IMG/VR virus record: IMGVR_UViG_3300021338_000003
Coordinates: 124,001 to 188,000 of that record
Length of the DNA: 64,000 nucleotides
Reading direction: 5' to 3' (one strand)
Made by a program: the position numbers and the translations under genes. A model generated the notes under the pieces. The model was not told where the DNA came from. It searched no databases and saw only the letters and a list, made by a program, of their open reading frames with translations. How positions within the stretch are numbered: the first letter of the stretch is position 1; every line of letters begins with the position of its first letter. Below, piece by piece: positions 1 to 9,356 of the stretch.

Positions 1-1
1 C

Positions 2-592
2 AAAAATCCCACCGCCTTCAAGGATTCCAAATGGTCCAGGTATACCAGTGGGGGTTTCCCCAAATATATGGTAAGATACCGGTCTGGAGGGCTGGATGAG
101 GAAGGGGCTGACTATACTCTAGACCAAGCTTTGACTCTATCTAAGAAGCACACGGCTGCTCTATACTACGCCAAAAGGGCTCAGAACAGAGTCAAGCATT
201 CTGCCAAGAAAATGGCCAGGTATGCCCGAGATGTTGACTTCCTTCAGGAGGCGTATCGCACCAGTATTGCACAAGGCGGAGAACTTTCACTGGCTGAAGG
301 TGATGGCAGTGTGTCACTGGCCGAACACAACAAAGTATTGGCCGAGTTGGACAAGGTTCAGCAAGAGTCTTTGGCGGTTCAAGGCATCAAGGGACCTGAC
401 GGATGGGAGTGGAATTCGGGGTCCTGCATGTGGATCTCTCACAGCGGGCCCTATGTGCTAGCGGTCGCCGCCAGTGGAAGTTGGTTTGTGAGACACCACG
501 CTGAATCCCGCCGGGTTGCCCGGGGCACCTGCGAGTCTCTTCTCGGGCAGTACGGAGCTTTCCATGACTGTAAGGTGGCGGTACCCTCTTAG
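2..592 (+). CDS. hypothetical protein (5' partial; frame open to window start)
   Basis: The frame of ORF 68..592 has no upstream stop back to position 2. Confidence 0.55.
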   Translation, partial: KNPTAFKDSKWSRYTSGGFPKYMVRYRSGGLDEEGADYTLDQALTLSKKHTAALYYAKRAQNRVKHSAKKMARYARDVDFLQEAYRTSIAQGGELSLAEGDGSVSLAEHNKVLAELDKVQQESLAVQGIKGPDGWEWNSGSCMWISHSGPYVLAVAASGSWFVRHHAESRRVARGTCESLLGQYGAFHDCKVAVPS

Positions 593-604
593 GAGATAAC
601 AGCT

Positions 605-928
605 ATGAACGAGTTGTATATCAAGGTTAAGCTCACCGACCTGGTGTTTGACCAGTATGGGTGTGAAATTCTGGACCAGACTATGGATATTGACGCTAAC
701 AATATCCTTGATGTCTGTAGAAACCTGGGTATGGAAACACATCCTGATGGACACAACGAAACACTGATTGGGACCCCCCAACAGATACTGAGGGTCATGA
801 AAGGGCTGGTAGCAGCAATAGAGAAGGCCAGAGAAGACCAAGCAATTGCAGAATTGGCCGCTGTCATTCCCTCTTCTGAGACGCAGGTGGCGTTCTCTGA
901 TAACCACCTTGCTGAGGACCCGTTCTGA
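605..928 (+). CDS. hypothetical protein
   Basis: GGAG RBS upstream; stop overlaps the next start (TGATG). Confidence 0.6.
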   Translation: MNELYIKVKLTDLVFDQYGCEILDQTMDIDANNILDVCRNLGMETHPDGHNETLIGTPQQILRVMKGLVAAIEKAREDQAIAELAAVIPSSETQVAFSDNHLAEDPF

Positions 929-1746
929 TGTGGCACTTCGTTGACCTCTGCTGTGGGTCCGGCGCCATTACGTTGCATCTTCTGGGTGCCCGGAAGGCCA
1001 TTCTACCCTACCAGGGGTCGAAGTGGAAGCTTCGGGGGCATATTGCCTCATACTGTCCGGGAGGGGCACCCCAGACCGTAACCCTAGTGGACCCAAGTCC
1101 CTGGTCCGAAACCCTAGGTGTTGTTATAAACCCCAAGAAGCGAGAACAACTAGTATCGTACCTGGAATGTCTTGCAGCAAAAGACCCCCGGGAAGTGTAC
1201 GACTCTTTGCAGGGCCATTCGGTTCCAGAAGACCTCATTGAAAGGGCTGGTCAACACCTGTTCCTTCAGCGTCTTGCATTTTCTGGGAAAGCGGTAGGGG
1301 TTAACAGAGGCAATTGGAGCAGCCCGGGGTTCAATGGTAGTAGTGCCTATGGTATTCCGGCTACGGATAAGTTTGGGGCCATCAATCCTATGATTCCGTC
1401 CCTCATCAAAACATTGAAGAGTTACAACCTGGAACCCACCCTGGTTAGAACGCGTCGAGGCAGAGCCGCGGTTCCAGAAAAGGTTCCGCCCAACACCTTT
1501 GTGTACATTGACCCTCCATACCAGTTAGCCACACCATACCCGGATGGTTCTCTGGGCCGCGATGAGGTTATCTGGTTGGCTCAACAATGGAGGGAGAGGG
1601 GGGCTAGCGTCCTAATCTCTGAAAGGGAGCCGATTGTCATCCCTGGCGGAGGTTGGTGGGTCAAGAATATTACAGCCGGGCGAGATATTGACTCCCCGTT
1701 CGTCGGAAAGCATAGTGAGTGGCTAACTGGGAGCAACGACTTATGA
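928..1746 (+). CDS. DNA adenine methyltransferase, D12/Dam-like
   Basis: SAM-binding motif FVDLCCGSGA, PYQGSK motif and catalytic FVYIDPPY. Confidence 0.8.
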   Translation: MWHFVDLCCGSGAITLHLLGARKAILPYQGSKWKLRGHIASYCPGGAPQTVTLVDPSPWSETLGVVINPKKREQLVSYLECLAAKDPREVYDSLQGHSVPEDLIERAGQHLFLQRLAFSGKAVGVNRGNWSSPGFNGSSAYGIPATDKFGAINPMIPSLIKTLKSYNLEPTLVRTRRGRAAVPEKVPPNTFVYIDPPYQLATPYPDGSLGRDEVIWLAQQWRERGASVLISEREPIVIPGGGWWVKNITAGRDIDSPFVGKHSEWLTGSNDL

Positions 1747-2003
1747 GTGCCCGAGACTTTGAAAATCTCGTGAGGGCCCCTATGCTGACTCGAAAGGGAA
1801 AGGTAACCATCGTTATCTACACCATCTGCGTCTTGGTGATACTTGTGATGGCTACCAAAAAGGCTGTTGACCATCTTAACACCAAGGCCGGGTTCTATGG
1901 CGCCTGCGTTGAGGTCAATGACCCCTACCGGTCCAAAGTGATTGATGGAACGTGCTTCCGTCGCAGCGAGGATGGGTGGGTTGAAATAAACATTCCCAAA
2001 TAG
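1743..2003 (+). CDS. small membrane protein
   Basis: Single hydrophobic stretch VTIVIYTICVLVILVMA; ATGA overlap with upstream gene. Confidence 0.55.
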   Translation: MSARDFENLVRAPMLTRKGKVTIVIYTICVLVILVMATKKAVDHLNTKAGFYGACVEVNDPYRSKVIDGTCFRRSEDGWVEINIPK

Positions 2004-2012
2004 GAGGACCAC

Positions 2013-2501
2013 ATGGCCTATGAAGACGCTGACCTTTTGAACCATGACATTCGTGAGGGTTTCAACTCTGACTTCATGTCGAAGCTCGTGTATGTTGCTG
2101 CTCCCTTCTCTGCCCCCACCTTGGGAGGTATTGAAGAGAACATCACTACGGCCAAGAAACTTGGCCGTCTGCTGCTCCAGGGTAGCGGGTCGTATCCTGT
2201 TGTGCCCCACGTCATGACCGCGGACATGCTCGATGACAATATTCCTGAAGAACGAGACATTGCCCTTAGGATGACCATGGACGTCATGTTGGCAGTCCAG
2301 AAATCTGATGGATTCATGGTCATCCTTGTCGACAAGGATGGCACCACGAAGAGCCGTGGGGTGGCTGCGGAGATTGCCCGTTGGAAAGAATCTGACCCCG
2401 GCATGGAGAAGATGTTCTTCGTCACTGCGGACGTTCTGGATGGGGTCGAGCCTATGCCTGAACGATTCCTTTCCTGTCCTCAATGTGGATATCCGGATTG
2501 A
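2013..2501 (+). CDS. nucleoside 2-deoxyribosyltransferase-like (DUF4406/DUF1937-type) protein
   Basis: LVYVAAPFS...PVVPH...SRGVAAE pattern; GGAGG RBS. Confidence 0.6.
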   Translation: MAYEDADLLNHDIREGFNSDFMSKLVYVAAPFSAPTLGGIEENITTAKKLGRLLLQGSGSYPVVPHVMTADMLDDNIPEERDIALRMTMDVMLAVQKSDGFMVILVDKDGTTKSRGVAAEIARWKESDPGMEKMFFVTADVLDGVEPMPERFLSCPQCGYPD

Positions 2502-2526
2502 CAGATCGGGGATGCCATGTTAAAAT
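2498..2526 (+). promoter_or_regulatory. sigma70-type promoter, TGCCATGT class
   Basis: TTGACA-17 nt ending TGCCATGT-TAAAAT. Confidence 0.8.
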
Positions 2527-2550
2527 AAAAGTGTACACTAGGAGCACGAC

Positions 2551-3495
2551 ATGTTCGCCATCCCCTTTCTGGTCTTTTCGCTTTTCGGTTGTACGACCCC
2601 GGGTCCCGAGGTCATCACCGTCTACAAGACCGTCGATGGCTTCGTGGATACCGGGTCTATGACGGATACGGAGGTCATAGGCGATGATGACGATGATGTC
2701 CCACGGCCCCTAGGCACGGCTGACACCGGAGATACCGGGTCCGAGCCTATCCCTCTCCCCTGGTGGGAAGAATACCCCTGTGATCTTGGCCCACAGGAAG
2801 AGGCCCCCGAGGAGGAAACCCCCTATTTCTACCCTGTGGCCGTTCGGGTGAACTCCCAGGTGATGCTTTCCGAGGACCTCAACTCTGTTGTCATCGTGGA
2901 TGACAATGAGAACTCCGCTGCCCAGTCCTGGCTGAAGCTCCAGTTCGTCAATCAGGAATACTTCGATTCTGATGGTGAAATTGCCGGTGAGCATTACTCC
3001 AACATGCTCACGGTGCACTATCAATTCACTGAGGCTGGAGTCGAAAATGGGTTTTTGGTGACTCACCCTGCAGGGTCCATCGTCAACTTTGCGTTCCCGA
3101 TGGACCGTCGCTGGTGGGAGCCCAACATCAGCTCCAGCGACGGTATGTCCGAGTACCTTCATCCCGAGTGGGCCGAGGTATTCGACCGGAACATCGATGG
3201 GACTAGGGTGATGGTCGAGATTCACGACTACTTCGACCCGATGTATGGTGAAGAGCTGCTGGAAAACCTTCTGTACATGCCTACTGATTGGCCTGTCATG
3301 GGCACCACTACGTACATCGCCAATGACCCAGCTCCGGGCCTTTCTTGGGAAGATGTGGACCTTGGATTGCAGCAGGAAAATGGGAGTCTACCCATGGACT
3401 TCATCCCCTACAAGACCAACTTCCAGGTTCTGCACTCCCCCGACCCTGGCGTCTGGCATCATGTCTGCGCCTTCTTCAAGGACCAGGAAAAGTGA
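2551..3495 (+). CDS. acidic lipoprotein
   Basis: Signal peptide with lipobox (MFAIPFLVFSLFG-C), DTG repeats, very acidic. Confidence 0.65.
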   Translation: MFAIPFLVFSLFGCTTPGPEVITVYKTVDGFVDTGSMTDTEVIGDDDDDVPRPLGTADTGDTGSEPIPLPWWEEYPCDLGPQEEAPEEETPYFYPVAVRVNSQVMLSEDLNSVVIVDDNENSAAQSWLKLQFVNQEYFDSDGEIAGEHYSNMLTVHYQFTEAGVENGFLVTHPAGSIVNFAFPMDRRWWEPNISSSDGMSEYLHPEWAEVFDRNIDGTRVMVEIHDYFDPMYGEELLENLLYMPTDWPVMGTTTYIANDPAPGLSWEDVDLGLQQENGSLPMDFIPYKTNFQVLHSPDPGVWHHVCAFFKDQEK

Positions 3496-3659
3496 AAGCC
3501 CAGAGCCTGTGGGACTATGTTATGTCCGATGCCAAGGTTCTCAAGGCATACAACGACTTGGTCCAAGAGGAAAAGCGCCTTGAGAAGCGACAAAAGAGGG
3601 TAGAACGTCGCTTCGAGGAGGATGACATTCTTCCTCTTGGACTCAATGGGAGCGAGTGA
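3492..3659 (+). CDS. small hypothetical protein
   Basis: GTGA overlaps at both ends. Confidence 0.45.
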   Translation: MKAQSLWDYVMSDAKVLKAYNDLVQEEKRLEKRQKRVERRFEEDDILPLGLNGSE

Positions 3660-3919
3660 TGACCCCTCTCAGTCAAAGAATGTACGATCTGGCTGCTGAC
3701 CACGAACGAGCTGTCGAACTGTGTGCCGAGGCCGACAAATTCAACAAGCTTACAGAAGACCCTACGGCGTCTACGGGGGCTCAATTGAAGCAGTGGGCCA
3801 AGTGCAACCGGCTCATGAAGGAATGCACTGGGGAAGACCCCCTTGCTTCAAAAATCGCTACTGATGCTGCTACTCTTGCTCACGCTCTACAGAGTTTTCG
3901 AAGGATGCACAACAAATGA
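3656..3919 (+). CDS. hypothetical protein
   Basis: Translationally coupled ORF. Confidence 0.5.
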   Translation: MMTPLSQRMYDLAADHERAVELCAEADKFNKLTEDPTASTGAQLKQWAKCNRLMKECTGEDPLASKIATDAATLAHALQSFRRMHNK

Positions 3920-4051
3920 AGACCGTTGATGATTTCCAGGGATTTCGCCGTGGCGAGTTGGCTGTGACGAACGTTCTCCCCTCTACTCGCCGGTCCTCCT
4001 GGTTTTGGATCCATCTCTTCAGCGTTGAAGAGAAGAGGTTGGCTAGGCTGG

Positions 4052-5617
4052 CTACTCCTTCGACTGAAGCCAGCAATAAGGACCATCCTCCTCGTCGATG
4101 AGATAGGCCATGAGGGTGGGGTCAGTAGTGATGTACCCTTCATGATGGTGGTAACGGTCGATGCCAGCCAAAGAGGGCAAGAGGTGGTGAGTGATGCCAC
4201 CGACCTCTTGTACTTTGTGGTGATGCAGGTGACCACCGAAGAAGATGTGGTGCTTGGTCCTAGACCAAGCGTGGCGAGCCTCCTTGGCCATACACGCTCC
4301 GAGGTCCTTGACCTTGACTCCATCTCCGTGGTTGAATCCGATGAGGGTGTCCCCGAACTCGGTATACACCCGGCTTCGGAAGTCCAGGTGGACAGTTACA
4401 TCCTCGGTGTCCTTGTACCAGGCCGATAGGAAGAGAAGGACAGCACGGCTGTTGTGCTGGTCATGGTTTCCTGCCATCATCCAAATTTCAACTGGGGCCA
4501 CCTGACGCATGAGGTCGATGTGACGGCGCTGGAGATGGCATCCGGTCACCAAGATCTCCGTGGGGGTCCCAATAGTATCCATCACGGTGCCGCGGGTCGT
4601 GGTGTTCGACTGACCATCGATGTGGAAGAAGTCTGACCCTACTGACATGATGATTTTCTTGGGGCGCCCCGGGAATCGAGAGATGAGGTTCTCGGTGTGC
4701 AGGAACAGACGCTCTTCGGCAATATCGAAATTGTACACCTGCTCGGGGCCGACCTCTCCCTCCCATGAGTACATACCCCAGTGGAAGTCGGTGTTGGCTA
4801 CCACGGCCACATAGTCGCTCTGTGGTTTGTCGAGGTCCAGCTTTGGAACTTTCATGGCTCGGACGTGGGTGCCGATTTCCTCAATGAACCGGTTCAGGAC
4901 CACCTCTTCGAATTCCATCCAGTTGTCGGAGTTCTTCTTGGTATCCCTCCATTTGAGCTTCTCGAACTTCTGGTATACAGCCTGACGCTTCATCTGAATG
5001 GCATCTTCGACCATATCCTCTATCGGTCGGCTCTCAAGCTCTTCCTTGCTGAACGGCTCTTTGTCGTGGGTGATTCCGTGAATCCGAAGGTACTCGATGA
5101 GCCAGGGACGAGGTATGTGAAGGTCTCGACAAATCATGTTGATTGTGCTGGGTTGCCCGTCCCAATTGGAGTACATCTGGATGATTTGTCGATGCTTGGT
5201 ACCCGACATCACCATGGGCTTTCCGGAAGATTTGGTGAAGGTGATGTATGTGTCGGTGTCAGCGTTGTAGACGTAATTGGACTCCCATAGCCACTCGGCC
5301 TTCCGTTCGGGCGAGATCTTGGGCGCGGGGTCATCATCTTCTTCAGGCTTGGTCTCAGGGTCTTCTTGACTGGCCTTCTTTCGGCCTCCCTTGTTGCGGG
5401 GTCCTCCCTTGTGTTCTTCGGGTTCTCCCCACCTCTTGCCTACTTTCAACTTTTCTTGAAGTCCGGGCTCTATCATCTCAACCAGCCGGCAGGCCCGGGA
5501 CCAGGAGCAGCCGACCCGGCGTCGGATTTCTGCCATGTGGGGCCTTTCCTTTCGGATCCAATCGCCCCATTTTTCTATCGCCTTTTTGTACCACTCGGTG
5601 TCAATTTTTCCGGGCAT
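4052..5617 (-). CDS. calcineurin-like metallophosphoesterase with N-terminal helical/HTH-like region
   Basis: Full motif set DFHWG, GSDFFH, GNHD, NHGD, GHLHH. Confidence 0.85.
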   Translation of the reverse strand: MPGKIDTEWYKKAIEKWGDWIRKERPHMAEIRRRVGCSWSRACRLVEMIEPGLQEKLKVGKRWGEPEEHKGGPRNKGGRKKASQEDPETKPEEDDDPAPKISPERKAEWLWESNYVYNADTDTYITFTKSSGKPMVMSGTKHRQIIQMYSNWDGQPSTINMICRDLHIPRPWLIEYLRIHGITHDKEPFSKEELESRPIEDMVEDAIQMKRQAVYQKFEKLKWRDTKKNSDNWMEFEEVVLNRFIEEIGTHVRAMKVPKLDLDKPQSDYVAVVANTDFHWGMYSWEGEVGPEQVYNFDIAEERLFLHTENLISRFPGRPKKIIMSVGSDFFHIDGQSNTTTRGTVMDTIGTPTEILVTGCHLQRRHIDLMRQVAPVEIWMMAGNHDQHNSRAVLLFLSAWYKDTEDVTVHLDFRSRVYTEFGDTLIGFNHGDGVKVKDLGACMAKEARHAWSRTKHHIFFGGHLHHHKVQEVGGITHHLLPSLAGIDRYHHHEGYITTDPTLMAYLIDEEDGPYCWLQSKE

Positions 5618-5774
5618 ACAGTCCCTCTCATCTTTGTGTTCCAGGGATGAAGAATGCTCATGTTGTCTCTCTGCCTCCTACCTGATCGGTCCTAAAACAT
5701 TGATCGGAAGCTTGCTTTCTGGCAGCGCATCTATCGCCACCGTTGTTGCTAAGCCTATACCCTTGGAGTTTGGA

Positions 5775-5990
5775 ATGATTCTGCACTTCTACGTTGAGAG
5801 CCTGGAAGACGACCCTCATGACCCTCACACCGACCCGGAGGACAATGAAGTTGTCCTTGCTGCCAGCTGTGGTTCCTTCTCCTACAGCGCCACTGGAGAC
5901 ACGTTCAAGCAAGCGGCGAACAAGCTCCTAGGATACCTCAGGGAAGAATATCCAGGATATCAGGTCCATGTTCACTTCGCTCCGGAGTAG
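5775..5990 (+). CDS. small protein, possibly HicB-like fold
   Basis: SATGDTFKQAANKL resembles the HicB G-x-T-x-E-E-A element; GGAG RBS. Confidence 0.35.
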   Translation: MILHFYVESLEDDPHDPHTDPEDNEVVLAASCGSFSYSATGDTFKQAANKLLGYLREEYPGYQVHVHFAPE

Positions 5991-5995
5991 GGGCT

Positions 5996-6913
5996 ATGGC
6001 CATTGAAAACCATCTGACCGGCCTGTTTGATACCCTGGCACTGCCTCCCCTCCAAGAGTCATACCGTCAGGTAGTAATCGACCAGCTGTACCAAAACATC
6101 AGGATTGCCACCTTTCAGTCGGTGTGTTGGGCATCCAAAGAGAGTCCGGCTCGGGGTCTGTCCAAGCTTGTGGTTTTGCCCGGCGAGGAAAGGTATATGG
6201 CCGAACGTCTGGGCCTGGAAACCACGTTCACTCAACCATATGCCCACCACTGCGTGTTTGGTCGCACCGAATCAAACCCCCGAACTGGAGAGGACGACGA
6301 GGGCGAACCAGTAGTCGAGATAGTCGACACAAGATTCTGTACCATTCCACCTGAGACTCGGCCACTGATGTGTCGCATTTTCCCCTTTGGGATTCAGCGA
6401 ATCGAGGGGGACAAGCGATCCTTCAACATCATCGTTGAAAAGAGTGGGATGAGATTTGTCCAACGGAAGTGGGGCGACGTGTTCATCAACCAAATGCTGC
6501 ATAACGTCGCCCAATTGGGGATGTCTATGTGGGCCTTCCTCGACGACAAATGGTGGGCCTACTACGAATCCGCTTTTTCGGACCGGTGGGAATTTGAAGC
6601 CCTGGTCACTGCCAAATTCGAACTTACAGACGACGCCATCTTCAGCCAAATTCGGGGTGCCCCTCCCGAGATGCGTCGGGAAGTTCTTATCCAGATTGCC
6701 AAACCCGAATGCGAGTTGTGTTCCGGTGAGGGGTGGGCGTTCGTGGATAGAACACCTGACAAGAAAACCCTCCTACCGCCGACCATGAGGCGATTTGACC
6801 TTTGCCCAGATTGTGTTCAGCCAGTTCTGGGACTACGAGTAGGCAACATACTACGAGACCCACGAAATGGCAAAATCCTGGACGCCTCGGGGCGTGAATA
6901 CAGGGGTGATTGA
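5996..6913 (+). CDS. YkgJ/Fe-S cluster-like protein with C-terminal CxxCxGxG zinc finger
   Basis: HHCVF...CTI...RPLMCRIFPF; CELCSGEG...CPDC. Confidence 0.55.
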   Translation: MAIENHLTGLFDTLALPPLQESYRQVVIDQLYQNIRIATFQSVCWASKESPARGLSKLVVLPGEERYMAERLGLETTFTQPYAHHCVFGRTESNPRTGEDDEGEPVVEIVDTRFCTIPPETRPLMCRIFPFGIQRIEGDKRSFNIIVEKSGMRFVQRKWGDVFINQMLHNVAQLGMSMWAFLDDKWWAYYESAFSDRWEFEALVTAKFELTDDAIFSQIRGAPPEMRREVLIQIAKPECELCSGEGWAFVDRTPDKKTLLPPTMRRFDLCPDCVQPVLGLRVGNILRDPRNGKILDASGREYRGD

Positions 6914-7506
6914 TGATTCCGACTGGTTTTTTTGAAGAGGTATATGCTCTCCCGACAGTCACCACAGAAGAGTGTGTGGTCCCCTCATGCTTTCACGAGT
7001 ATCGGGAAGGCGTTGACCACTACAGCCTTGATCGAGTACTCTTGCCTGGTGAGAAAGAGTTTCTCGATACCTTCCAAGGGGAAGACAAGCGCAGTTTTGT
7101 GTTCCGGTCTTACCCCATTCGCGTCCACAAACTTGGGGAACATTCATTGACCGTATGGTCTGCCATCAAATGCCCCCACGCTCCTACCGATATTGACACT
7201 CCCCTCATGGCCCACCGTTTGTGGGTAGGGGCGTGGAAAGCCCTAGTGAACCTGGCCCCAGATGAATGGTGGGACAGCATTGCTCGCACACTCCCTCAAG
7301 GGTATCAGCACCTAGGGGACCTGTTGGACCCCCGGGAGAATGGGGTTCCAAGCCAGTTGCTGGCCAGGGTTGCCGATACCTCCTGTGAGCAGTGCGGTGG
7401 GACGGGGCTTGACCCTGATCGTGGGGTTTGCTCCTGTCTCTCGGAGGACAAGGTTAAGCAGTTGCATGCTATGGTAATGGATGCATCCAACTCTTTCCGG
7501 GTGTAG
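6910..7506 (+). CDS. probable paralog of upstream gene with CxxCxGxG zinc finger
   Basis: Shares GxF(D/E)xxALP start, VLLPGE and F/YPI motifs; CEQCGGTG. Confidence 0.55.
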   Translation: MMIPTGFFEEVYALPTVTTEECVVPSCFHEYREGVDHYSLDRVLLPGEKEFLDTFQGEDKRSFVFRSYPIRVHKLGEHSLTVWSAIKCPHAPTDIDTPLMAHRLWVGAWKALVNLAPDEWWDSIARTLPQGYQHLGDLLDPRENGVPSQLLARVADTSCEQCGGTGLDPDRGVCSCLSEDKVKQLHAMVMDASNSFRV

Positions 7507-7515
7507 AGGTATCCA

Positions 7516-7806
7516 TTGACTGCCGACCTTGTTTTTGGCTCCGTCCACGTGGTCTTTCTAGGCACGAGTGCTCTGACCCTGGAGTTGGGGGAGAAGAAGG
7601 TCATGCCTGTATGGAACAGTGCTTCCGAGTGCTTGGCATGGACTCAGTCCTATTTGGAGTCCCCAGAAGACCAAATGATGTATATCATTCCAATCCCATA
7701 TCCCAAGGGTTTGATGGAGACCATGCAGAAGGCTGGTGCTGACCTCATCATCTTTGACCTTCAAGAGGGTGCTGACCTTCGGGTCGTGCTGGGGGCAGTC
7801 CACTAA
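7516..7806 (+). CDS. hypothetical protein
   Basis: GAGG RBS and TTG start; fills the gap. Confidence 0.5.
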   Translation: MTADLVFGSVHVVFLGTSALTLELGEKKVMPVWNSASECLAWTQSYLESPEDQMMYIIPIPYPKGLMETMQKAGADLIIFDLQEGADLRVVLGAVH

Positions 7807-7859
7807 ATCCTCAGTGTGCGGATGGGTCAGTTGAGGCTGCCGCACAGAGGAAAGAAAAG

Positions 7860-8425
7860 ATGTCCAAGAAGCTTGAAGATGTTCTCGGTCAGATGGACGA
7901 TGTTGCTCTGGTTGCCTTCACCCAGCTGTTGGTGGGAAGAAGGCCGAGGCTTTGGCCAGAGAAGCCAAGAAGCGCATTGCCCCTGGAGAGTTTGAGGTCG
8001 ATACCTCTCTGAGGTTGAACGGCCCCATGACTCTGCGTGCCCCTGGTGAGTACACGCCTACCGCCGATGTCCCTTGGACTTTGGTGGTGACCCTCCTCCT
8101 TCATCGGATGGGGTTCCAGCGTGATGCTGCCGGAGACATTCTGGTCGAGCTTGCCACCAAGGCTCTGGAATTGAGTGGTGACAGTAACCGTGAGAAGCGC
8201 GAGGCCCTGCTGGGTGACTACCTCGTTGAGGTGGAAGCTTGCAAGGATCGCATGAACGACGCAATCGGGAAGCTTCCCAAGAAGACGCGGATGGGTAAGA
8301 CCACCGTGAACTTCGAGATTGCTCCCTTGAAGCAGGCCACCGTCATTGGCGGTGTGTCGGTCTTCGAGGAGACCTCGTTCCCTATCGGTGAGGCTGCTGT
8401 TCGGGACTCCGAAGAGGCGGCCTAG
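7860..8425 (+). pseudogene. hypothetical gene apparently broken by a 1-nt frameshift near 7925
   Basis: RBS and ATG at 7860 (MSKKLEDVLGQMDDVALVAFTQ) read on naturally in the -1 frame (AVGGKKAEALAREAKKR...) into ORF 7952..8425. Confidence 0.5.
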
Positions 8426-8440
8426 GTCACTTGTGTCCTC

Positions 8441-8476
8441 GGCCCCGGGATCGAAAGGTCCCGGGGCCTTTTCTTT
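8441..8476 (+). terminator. intrinsic terminator
   Basis: GGCCCCGGGATC-GAAA-GGTCCCGGGGCC followed by TTTTCTTT. Confidence 0.8.
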
Positions 8477-8490
8477 CCGAGAGGTGTGAT

Positions 8491-8883
8491 ATGAACCGCA
8501 GAGATATGTTGAAGAGCCTGGCTGTTGTTCCCTTTGTGCGTCCGGAGAAGCCGGTCGGCTATGTCAGTGTGTATGATATCGAGGAATTTGTGGCCGATCC
8601 CCAGGCCAACGTTGGTATGCTTCCTATCATCCATAGGCTGTGTCTGTATGACGATCTGGGGGTCCAAATTCCTAGGGCTAGGAGGTTGGACCTAGACACT
8701 ATGACTGCCGAACAGGTGGTGAATATTGTCAAACTGCCCGAGAGTGGTGAGATTAATATCGTGACTCGAACCATTCCTGTGGCTCGGGTGACATTCACTG
8801 TGGTACCCGGAGAAGATATCCCTCCTCATCATCCCAATCTGGAGATGGTATGGCTTGACCTGGAAGGGCCATACAGTGTCTGA
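8491..8883 (+). CDS. hypothetical protein with twin-arginine-like N-terminus
   Basis: GAGGT RBS; MNRRDMLKSL. Confidence 0.55.
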   Translation: MNRRDMLKSLAVVPFVRPEKPVGYVSVYDIEEFVADPQANVGMLPIIHRLCLYDDLGVQIPRARRLDLDTMTAEQVVNIVKLPESGEINIVTRTIPVARVTFTVVPGEDIPPHHPNLEMVWLDLEGPYSV

Positions 8884-9334
8884 CATCGTCAGGGTGGTCC
8901 GCAGAGCATCGGATATGGTGGAGCACGCCCTGCGAGAGGCTCTACCTCGCAATCGGTCCTTTCACTCGGTGATTAGAGACCACCCAGAATATGCCGTGAT
9001 GGTAGATGGCAACCCTCCCATGGAAGGAGGCCGAGTCCAGGTATGGAAGATCGGGGTAGGGCGCATCAAGTCCGGATCTCTTCGCAAATTCATCCATACC
9101 CAATATGAGGATGGTCACGGGAAGTGTCCCCTGTACGACAAGTGCCCGGCTCGGGCTTTGATGTCCGAACAGGACCTCATGAAGGCCGACCTGCTACGGT
9201 GCCGAGTCAGGTGGATGGACGTTTGTGACTGCCCCGAGGGTCCAGCCGAAGATCTTGACTCCCTATCCGAGCTTCCCGAGAGCAGACAAGCTCTATCATA
9301 CAGGGAGGATTTGAGCCCCTGCGACAGTCGGTAA
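8876..9334 (+). CDS. hypothetical Cys-containing protein
   Basis: Coupled ORF with GTG start. Confidence 0.5.
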   Translation: MSDIVRVVRRASDMVEHALREALPRNRSFHSVIRDHPEYAVMVDGNPPMEGGRVQVWKIGVGRIKSGSLRKFIHTQYEDGHGKCPLYDKCPARALMSEQDLMKADLLRCRVRWMDVCDCPEGPAEDLDSLSELPESRQALSYREDLSPCDSR

Positions 9335-9356
9335 GTTGGGTACAATAGGGGGCAGC

